This document shows positions 54,901-64,000 of a stretch of 64,000 nt of DNA, in pieces. The stretch covers positions 30,484,299 to 30,548,298 of the forward strand of contig NC_134025.1 of assembly GCF_964204645.1 (NCBI RefSeq), given 5' to 3'. Both the position numbers and the translations under genes were made by a program. This stretch comes from Tubulanus polymorphus. Taxonomy: Eukaryota; Animalia; Nemertea. Every line of letters begins with the position of its first letter. Within the stretch, counting starts at the first letter, position 1. The notes beneath the pieces are model-generated. The model was not told the origin of the DNA. It did not search any database and saw only the letters and a list, made by a program, of their open reading frames with translations.

Positions 54901-57900
54901 AATGTCTCCAGTCAATGAAACGATGGTAGGTAATAATCCCAAACAATGAAAATCTCAACCTCCCCTGGTAAAGATTTCCCCCGGGGGAGGAGATTTTTTT
55001 CATCAAAATGCGGGCCTTGTTGACATCGCTTACAATTTTACAGCGTTGAAGGTCAAAAGCAGTTTAAAACTTGGCAGAAACACGATGATGCCCAGAATTA
55101 CTTCTGTGAACTCGATGGTAAGATTTATACGCATTAAACTCAGAATACCTCATTCATTATAAATATATTACATTAGAAAACGTATGTAATGAGTAATACT
55201 GAAATTTCCTGTATTTATTCTGTCCATTATCTCTGAATAATTCCATTTATTGTCGGCCATATGCTGGTGATCACTGATAACACTTCAAATATGTCTCTTA
55301 GTAAAAACTATTTTTCTATGGAAGATAGGATCATTTACAAAACTAGTACCCGAGGGTATATTGTCATTTGTACAGCACGAACTGATATCAATGCCTGGAG
55401 ATGGAGGGGAGGGGGAGGGGAGGTAGGGAGGGGAGGTAGGGAGGGGAATGCTTTGTTCATTATGAATAGGATGATTGAATAGGATTATCACAGCACTAAT
55501 TGTAGAGATATTAAGATGTAACACATGTTGCTCATATTGATTATAAACTTATCATTTAATACCAGATCTAACAATCAGTCGACCTCGTGATTAATTGCAT
55601 AGCAAAAATGCTTCAGTTTCAGAAACCATGCAAAAAACTTTACTCAGGGCCCAGTTCGGAAAAAAATATTGTTGATTATTCGATTTAATTGCATTGTAAA
55701 ATAGATTTCAGAAATCCATTAATGTCTGAAGTGTTTAGACAAGGCTGAGCTTCTATATTCGAGATTTTCGATGTATTAGTTTGCTCTGAGTGTAGAATCA
55801 GACCGTTGTGTAGAATGTTGTACCCTGTGTTCTCCGCAACAGGGTTTAGAACAATGTTTTACCCCCCTCCGAAAATCAGTCCCCCCTTATAGGATATCTG
55901 CTGCCCCTACCAGAAATAGATTGCACCAAAATCAAGCTAAAGTTTCTGTACTTTTTGGGGGATTGAAACCTTGCTACTTCAGGGCCACAATTTCATACAC
56001 TTAACAATGAATGAGTGTAACCCCATTAAAATTCCCGCATATAGAGAACACAACTATATGATATTTTGTATTTTATAGATGAGAAATCGACAGATTCAGA
56101 TTACGTGGATTTGTTAAGGAATCCGGAGAGATATACCGGTTACGTCGGAAATTCACCTCAGAGAATTTGGCATTCGATTTACGAAGAGAATTGTTTCAAG
56201 TAAGTTTTCTTATTCTGATAATAAGATAAAAACCCACTATCTACAGATTAAAAGAATTTAAAAACAAGAATTTATTTATTCAATCTAAAATATATAGAAT
56301 ACACGACGTTTCGATCTCACCCTAGAGATCATCGTCAGGTGTAACGTCGTGTATTCTATATATTTTAGATTGAATAAATAAATTCTTGTTTTTAAATGTA
56401 TTTAATCTGTAGAGTAGTGGGTTTTTTATCTTATTATCCGTTCACCACGTTTCAGTGTGGTTATCGTTCTATTATTCCGTATGTTTATTGCTAATTATGA
56501 TGAATCTCTACTGATGATAACTGACGACTATTTCACTGATTTCAGGCCTACCCCCGGTTATGGTTATCATGCTGGTAAGACTGACCTTAATATTTCACAT
56601 ACCTAGCGAGATATTCACACTGAACCTTTCACTTTTTAACTCACAATCAGAACCCAATTCCATAGTTGTGAGTAAAGATTTGATAAGCTCATTGAAAATA
56701 AACTACAAGTTAACTCTAATTCACAACTGTGGAACTGGATCCTTTATCAAAAACTCAAGATTTGATTTTAGTGTAATTTCATTGAAATTCTATGCCTTTT
56801 TTCCTAGGTTCTTCATATGAATATTATCTTCTCTTCAAACGTATCTATCTGAATTCTTTATTTTAATTCTTTTGAGGTTTTTTCCACCTTTAGAAATCAT
56901 ATCAATAGATACATTTTATATAACGGATTATAGATTTAGAACCATTTTTTCCAATATTTCTATGTAAGAATATCTCCTGGAATTATCTATAGTTTACCTG
57001 TATTTATTGACCAGTATTTACTTTTCCATTAGCCAATTGAGTAAACCCCATGATTGATCCGAGGCTCAGTTTTACAATTTTGATTAACTTAAGACAAGAT
57101 GAATTAATGAAGAAATAAGGTTGATTTAAGAGTTATGAAACTGAATCCTGATCTATAAAACCTGTTCCTAGAATGCTAAAATCTCCTCAAATCCTTTGCT
57201 CTATTCATCGAAATTTCCACGGTAAAAGTGAAAATTAGGACGCTTAGATAGCGGAACTCGCATGGAATCTGCTTTTAAAAACTCTTCCCATTTTGTTATA
57301 GGTAAGAATACTCCTATAGAAGGTAATTTGGACTGTATTTTATCTATCATGGTTTCTATTTATTTCTCGAGGTTCAGTGCTACAATTAAGATTTGACTCT
57401 CATTATGAACTAATTGAAACTGTAGAGTCAAAGATAACCGTAGAACTGAATCCTTTTGTTTGTGTTTTTGTGTTGCTGGAGTTACGGGCAGGTTATTTAT
57501 TATATGTAGTGACAATTCACTACAAATAAGAAAGTTTTATTTGATTTATATCAAAAAGTGAACTAAGAGCATGTGCGATATCTAACTCGTGATGCACTGA
57601 TATTGATGCAGGCTATATAACTGTCTGCGTGAGATTTGAATTCACTTTCTTTTCACATTTCACCTTTCAATTTCACATTTTAACACAATATTTGAATAGA
57701 TATCTAGTCTTCAGTATACGGTATTGTGAGTTGCCTCCCTTTGGTTAACCCATGTAAGAGAATATCCAACACTTTTGACTGTCTTGAAGGACAAATCATT
57801 TTCTGCCCAGGTAGGCTCTACCTGTATAGGATCATCAGGATATTGAGACTAAATATTTATTCACAGCACATAATTTAATGATATTCTATGTATCGTTCTG

Positions 57901-59922
57901 TTTGTCTGCTGTTAGAGTAGTTCATATTATATCTGTCACTCTATGATCAGAGCTGTTTGCCAATCATCACTGATTTTCAGGTTTCCCTGTTTAGAAAACG
58001 TATAATGTTCCTGAACATTTCTCTAACAGATGATTCAATAATTCATCAGATTGGCAGCAGTTCCGATCTGTTTGTTTAACTCTCTATTCTATTTTGAACT
58101 CGTATTTCAAAAGTTTTTGTCTAATATTGTATTAATATTGTAATTGCTAGGTTTGTGTTTAGAACAACGGGTGTTTTATAGACTGATATCTGGTTTACAT
58201 ACAAGCATCAATATTCATCTGTGCGCCAACTATTTATTAGGTAAATATTTCATTAATCTTTTAAAATCGAACTCGCTGATTAAGTTGTCTAAATCAAGGC
58301 GTTCGTTATGTTGATGACTTTTCCAAATGACAACTTAAACTTGATATTTAAATTAGAAATACAAATTGGGACTCAAAAATGTAGACATGTCTTCAATGAT
58401 ATGACAACTTTACCGAGTTCAACTGTAAATTCTAATGAATCAATTATCATTCTTCATAATTTCAAATGTTGAAACTTTCAAACAGGGAAAAACGCATATG
58501 GAGTTCAAACGTGGGGTTTAAATGTTCCTGAGTTTATGAGAAGATTCGATCCGAAGTTAACCGCCGGTGAAGGTCCACAGAGACTGAAAAATCTTTACTT
58601 CACGTATTTAGTAGAATTACGAGCTTTAATGAAAGCTTCGCTTTATCTTGAGAAGGTCAGTATTAATACATCAGGGTCAGTTGCACGGTTAATGCCCAGA
58701 CTAGTCTAAAACCATCTTAGGTCTATAACCAATGTAACAACTTTAAGACTCTGTGTTGGTGCTATCACCAATCTAACAACTTATGACCAGCCTTAGCTAA
58801 TTTTGGTTCTATATTCGATCTAACAATTTATAACCAGTCTTATGATTCAAAACCGCTTTTGGACTTCGAGTCACGACAGCGCAGCTGCACCGAGAATAGT
58901 GTCTTGTCTTTTCGAACACACGTCTGTTACTGATCAGAAAATAGTCAATAACGATTTTATTACATTATTATAACTGTTTTATTACAGGAGTTATATTATA
59001 CTGGCAGTGATGCTGTCGATCAGGATACAAAAATAGCGGTGAAAGAATTTCTAGATAATGTGAAGTAAGTTAAAAACCGTCTGCAGATTGGAGATAATTT
59101 TCATCGTTTATGCTGAATATTAATGTTTAATTTTAGGACTTTCAATGAACACTTTGACGAAGGCCAGTTATTCAAAGGTGACACCAAAGAGGCTTTGAAA
59201 TTAAAGGTGATTGTTTTGTGATATTATTACGAAAGATATTTTTTCTAATTTGCTACAATTCGGAGATATTTATGATGTACATATTTTTTGTTTTTCAGAC
59301 TGAGTTTAGGGATCATTTTTACAATATAACTAGAATTATGGATTGTGTGGGCTGTGATAAGTGTAAACTATGGGGCAAGCTACAGGTAGGCTCTGCACTT
59401 CCATAGGCTGAGATACTTTTGACTCACAACTGTGGAAGTGGATCTTGTTGAACATCGGTTGAATTGATATATATCTTACTTGTAGGTAACTGGAATGGGA
59501 ACTGCGTTGAAGATTCTGTTTTCTAGTACCGAAGGTTCAATGGTTCAACCGAATGATACTAAATTCCAATTGACCCGACCAGAAATAGTAGCATTATTCA
59601 ATGGATTTGGGAGGTATGAATCTTCAGTTGTAAATTCCTTATACAGTAAACATCGCCTTACTCTGGCATGGTCAACTTGGTCTTTTGAGTGACTCGGACA
59701 AAAAGGATATCATATTCTGATTTCCGATCTTAGTTTTTCCGGTCTTTCACTCATTATTTTTCCTGTCTCGGTTTCTCCATCTTGGGCAATGTTTACAGTA
59801 CTTTGACTATATTTTTTAGATATTTTTCTAAAGTTGATAAATTCGTTGTTTATTTCAGGTTAGCGACGAGTATAAAAGAATTAGAATTATTCCGTAAAAA
59901 GATCGCTAAAATCAACAGATGA
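51922..59922 (+). CDS. ERO1: Endoplasmic reticulum oxidoreductin 1, multi-exon
   Basis: Signal peptide, [95 protein letters not shown] (CxxCxxC), [12 protein letters not shown] at 59920-59922. Confidence 0.96.
52418..52697. mobile_element. Penelope-like fold-back insertion, family 2, in ERO1 intron 1
   Basis: Inverted arms of ~100 bp (52416-52516 and 52562-52662), a unique tail, and a 12-bp TSD ACCCGATTTCAT (52406-52417 and 52698-52709). Confidence 0.85.
52478..52522 (-). ncRNA. Minimal type I hammerhead ribozyme motif
   Basis: Minus strand TATTC-CTGAAGA-T-GACTAT-TAGGAT-ATAGTC-GAAAC-GTT-GAAATA has the conserved core, a 6-bp stem II, a palindromic stem III (AACGTT) and a stem I with one bulge. 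Confidence 0.7.
56217..56471. mobile_element. Penelope-like fold-back insertion, family 1, in an ERO1 intron
   Basis: Inverted arms of ~94 bp around the ribozyme core, tail CCGTTCACCACGTTTCAGTGTGGTTATCGTTCTA, possible TTATTC TSD; starts ~17 nt after the 5' splice site. Confidence 0.85.
56300..56343 (-). ncRNA. Minimal type I hammerhead ribozyme motif
   Basis: Minus strand TACAC-CTGACGA-T-GATCTC-TAGGGT-GAGATC-GAAAC-GTC-GTGTA has a perfect 5-bp stem I, a 6-bp stem II, a palindromic ACGT stem III and a GUC cleavage triplet. Confidence 0.8.
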
Positions 59923-60413
59923 AACAGTTGAAAATCTGTAGATTTTGAATTAAGCGTTTACCGTAAGATTTGTTAGATTCACACAAGATCTCTTCTTTTA
60001 AACTGCCACCAGTGATGCATCATCTCTAGAGGCTTCTCTCTTCAGTTCAACCGAATTTAGCTCTTTCTACTATAAGATTATTTTCTCCGTTTTTGTAGAA
60101 TTAGGTAGCTATTTAGGATCCTCATAGATAAATCAAACAAAATTCCCGAATCTTACAAAGAGCTCTCACCAACCAGACACAAAAAACTTTCTTGTTAAAA
60201 TCATGTTAATTTTGTTTATTTGTGATTGAATTTTATATGATATTAATGATTATATATTTTATAGATGTTGTTGTTGTCGTAACAAGGAATTATTTCATTG
60301 AATTAAACAATTTACTATTTGATCTTCTATTCCAAAAACCTCTGACCTTCCACGTCTGTTGTTTCTTCGTAACAATAAATAGACAAAGCTTCACTACCTG
60401 GAGAAGTGTCCTA

Positions 60414-60583
60414 CAGCGAAACCTCATTACAACAAACTTCACGGGACCAATAGATGTGTTCATTATAACCGATAGTTTGTGATATCCAGTATGAAATTAC
60501 ATGTAGTAAAATAGTCCTTTTTGGGATGAAATTGTGGGTATGTTATAACTGATATCTGAGTTCATTATAATGAGGTTCCACTG
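60414..60583. mobile_element. Tc1/pogo-type MITE downstream of the ERO1 stop
   Basis: TA|CAGCGAAACCTCATTACAA ... TTATAATGAGGTTCCACTG|TA. Confidence 0.6.
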
Positions 60584-63064
60584 TATTAAGATAACCTATA
60601 GAATGCTAACTGCTTTTCTTCCATTTTATATTTTCAAGTCTTCTCTTTTGTGAATAACTCATGTATTTTTCTCATTCTGTATCATGTAAATTCTAGAATT
60701 TGCTGCTTGCTTCGATTTTCCCCTGTAGTTTGATACATACAACGATAGCTATTTATTGTAAATAATGTCAAAATTTTGATAGATTACGAGATTTAATGAT
60801 ATTCTAGTATCAGGGTTTCTTCTTCTTCGAAATAATACATTTCTTGTATTCAATTTGATATTTTAATGTAAAGTCTACATGAAGTTTAGATATGAACGTT
60901 TTATTCTCGGAGTGTCTGTAAAGATGTTCGTGCGCCAGAATTAGTACTTACTAGAAATGAAATTTTAACCCGTGCTTAAATGTTTTAAGTGTGAATGAAT
61001 TTTATACGAAATTTTGAAACATTCCGTTGCATAAAATGTAATGAAAATTCAGGAATTAGATTCATTAAAAAACAATAAATGAAAGTAGCATCGAAATAAT
61101 CATCGCAGATTAAAACTATCAGTTAAAAGGGAATCATGAGGGGAAGGGAGATGAAGATAAACCAATTTCTGTTAAGGTGGGATGGGCAAAAATATGACAG
61201 CTTATTTAGATATTCAAAGATACCGAATAGATTCATAATGGAATGTCGAAGTGTGACAAAAAACATCCAAGTATAACTAAGAGGCCATAACGTGAATGTT
61301 GTTAGTAAAATATTGTGGATACACTTTGTACGTATGTGAATGTGTAAATAAAATGCCAAAAATGTTGACAAATAAATGATATATTTATGACTTTAAGATG
61401 ATATTGTCGGGTTTAGTTCGTTTGTTTTCGGGTCAGTGGAGTTGATGTCGGTGGTCAGTGAAGTAAGAAGGGATTGATATGAGACGTGTTGCATAGCTTC
61501 AAGCTTTTAAACACGGATTGGAAAATGACATGTATATAAAGATGAACAAACGAATTTCAAGTAGTTATATTTTGGAATCTTTTCATAGGAACATACAAGC
61601 TTCTGGTCTCCTAATGGTTGTTACATTTGAAACTAACCAGGCCATGTTATTGATATTCATGACTGAACATCCAGTCATGGTTGAACAGGTTATGGAGTAT
61701 AAGGCTTACTTATATGGGAAGATCACTATTAGTAATTGATATTCAAATTGCAACATTGTATCTGAAATGCACATGTGTCATATTGAACACTCATTCCTTG
61801 ACCAGGAGTCAGATATTCATGGACAATGTAACAGGTGCTAGTTCTGGGACTATCGGTTGTGCATTTTGATTTATGTAAACTAATAACTTTCAGCGTCATC
61901 AATGCAGTAATTGTAATGCGTGTAATACACTGAGTTATTATAAACACCTGTGCATACAATACATAATATAGTACCAGTAGTTGGTACTCTAGAAACACAG
62001 CGAGCAACAAAAAGAAACCATCAAATTAAAAAAAACAAAAACACTATCTTATTCCCATGAAAATAGATGTTTTTATTTTTTTTTCTTGTAAAAATACATC
62101 ACTGCATGGCAGTAATGATTACACAATATAAATGACCACATATGAATGAGCTGACAAAAAAATTGAATATCCGTTCAAATATTAGAAGTTAACGCTTTAT
62201 AGGGACAAAATACAACCAATAGTCTGGATCCAGTTCTATAGTTTTGAGTTAAGTCTTGAAAAAAGATAACTTCATTTTCAATGAATTTGCTCCGAGACAA
62301 ATCTTAACTTAGAACCGTGGAACTGGTTTCTGGAAGATGTTGTTAAGTTCATCGCTCTACAAACCAAAAATATGTTCGGTCAATTTCTGATCTACCCAAG
62401 AGATGAACGCCAATAGTGTTTTAAGAGTATTAGAGGTATTTTTGTCAATATTACTACATAATTATCTATCCATTAAATTCACCAACACCTAAACCGAAAC
62501 AAAACGACACAATTCCGGAATTTTACAACACAAAAACTGTAGGAAAAACCTGAACAAATTGCAAGTAGATAAACAGTTTTGATACATGTAAAATATCAGG
62601 AATGTTTTATGGAAATAAATGAATAATTTTTTCACACTAAAATTACAATAAACGTCTGAATTTACGACCGACTGTCGTATAATTTACTTAATTTAAATAA
62701 ATCAAATTGAATTAATGTCATAAAAACAAAAAATAGCAATGAATTTGTGGAGCAACGTTTTCCAACAGCAGGTAAATACATACTTTATAAAATGCACTCT
62801 TGGAAGACAATTTTGACTTTGATTTTGCCTTGCTTTACTAGAACTAATCTGGGGCCAATTTATTATATGGATTTATTGCAGTTTAGAATGATTAATTTAG
62901 AGACAAGGTTTCATTACCGGTACGTATTTGTTTGCACACAGTTTATTTGTCAAAATGACTAGAAATATTGGACCACTTGTAAAAATCACTGACAAACATT
63001 CATCATTATTGAAACAGTTGAAGTAAAAGGATGGTTGAGGAGTTCTAAGGAGTAATAAGTAAGT

Positions 63065-63279
63065 TTAAGGAGTGGCTGCTGCTGCTGCTTGCTCCTCGGG
63101 AATTTTTTCCGACGAAACTTCCTGGCCTTTTTTCTGCGCAGCTTTGAATTCCGGGTAATCGATGAAACCATCGTCATTTTTATCCTCCTCTTGTAAAACG
63201 CTGTCCACGAGTTCAGAAAGTTCGTTGTCTGTGTATGATTTTGTATCTTGATTTTCACTCGATGAACTACGATCTGCAT
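63065..63279 (-). CDS. MCFD2: MCFD2-like EF-hand protein, distal alternative terminal exon
   Basis: Acceptor ATTCAG, phase 1; YTDNELSELVDSVLQEEDKNDDGFIDYPEF...EEQAAAAATP-TAA with a canonical EF-hand loop. Confidence 0.7.
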
Positions 63280-63744
63280 CTGAATAAATTGAAACAAAAT
63301 CAATTAATTCCTGAATCTACGAGATTCCTATCTCTTCGTGAAAATGATCAGAAAATTCACCACCTTCACCTGTGGTTCACACATCCAACACCCCCCCTGA
63401 GAGTCTGCATGAGAGGACTCATCCCTCCCGGCAGACACCTTAATCACCTCATTTGATCCACACATCAAAAAATATTATTTACAAATCCCAATTTCCAACA
63501 TGAATAAATAAACACACATGAACCGGTCAAACTAGATATGCAATAGTACAAACAGGGTCAACTCTAGTGAGATACGGCAGGGTTTAAGGACAAACACAGC
63601 AAAATACCTTCAATATATGCTGATATATATGTGATACATTAATCACCAATCCACTAACGTACAAACATAGTATTAATATAATTAGCTAAATATAAATCAG
63701 TTAAAGCTTGTTATAGTTGAATTGATAACAATATTACTATTGAT

Positions 63745-63893
63745 CTAAGTATTTTTTGCAGCCTCTGCATTCTTCACGGTTTCCATATAATGTTTATATT
63801 CAGCATAGATTATAAATCCATCATCGTCCCTGTCGCCTCTTCCTAGAATCTCATCCACCGTTTTAGTCAGTTCATCATCAGACGTATCGTTGC
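63745..63893 (-). CDS. MCFD2: MCFD2-like EF-hand protein, proximal alternative terminal exon; upstream exons lie outside the window
   Basis: Acceptor CACTAG, phase 1; TSDDELTKTVDEILGRGDRDDDGFIIYAEY...AAKNT-TAG. Confidence 0.65.
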
Positions 63894-64000
63894 CTAGTGA
63901 TAGGATAATATCAACAATGACTGCCTTGATTGAGGTTTTTCATTCTGGGGGTAATTTTGCCGCAAAAAATAAATACATCAAAGATTTCAGGAGTTTCAAT

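Noticed and set aside
60600-62950. Short ORFs between ERO1 and the MCFD2-like gene
   Set aside because: AT-rich convergent 3' UTR or intergenic sequence with no motifs or splice support.
62986-63303. 105-aa minus-strand ORF in the track
   Set aside because: Wrong frame; the overlapping phase-1 frame encodes the EF-hand exon.

Overview
AT-rich, intron-containing animal (invertebrate-type) genomic DNA, not prokaryotic. Positions 1-16.4 kb hold five tightly packed spliced housekeeping genes: the 3' part of an RJL/DNAJC27-type Rab-like GTPase (+), NAE1/APPBP1 (-), RRP15 (+), GCC1 (+) and NDUFAF7 (-). Positions 51.9-64 kb hold ERO1 (+) and the 3' end of an MCFD2-like EF-hand gene (-) with two alternative last exons. 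Between the head-to-head NDUFAF7 and ERO1 starts lies a ~34.6 kb island (about 17.0-51.6 kb). It is bounded by imperfect inverted termini with subterminal ACCGYCWG repeats, and I could not find a target-site duplication. It contains at least ten unrelated tandem arrays, a LINE fragment, a SINE, MITEs, a TATA/Inr promoter and several decayed or unrecognisable spliced genes, but no transposase, integrase or polymerase that I could recognise. Three short Penelope-like fold-back insertions carry minimal hammerhead ribozyme cores; two lie in ERO1 introns with the complete core antisense to the host gene. All calls come from reading the sequence by eye; exon and repeat boundaries are approximate and no database search was run.
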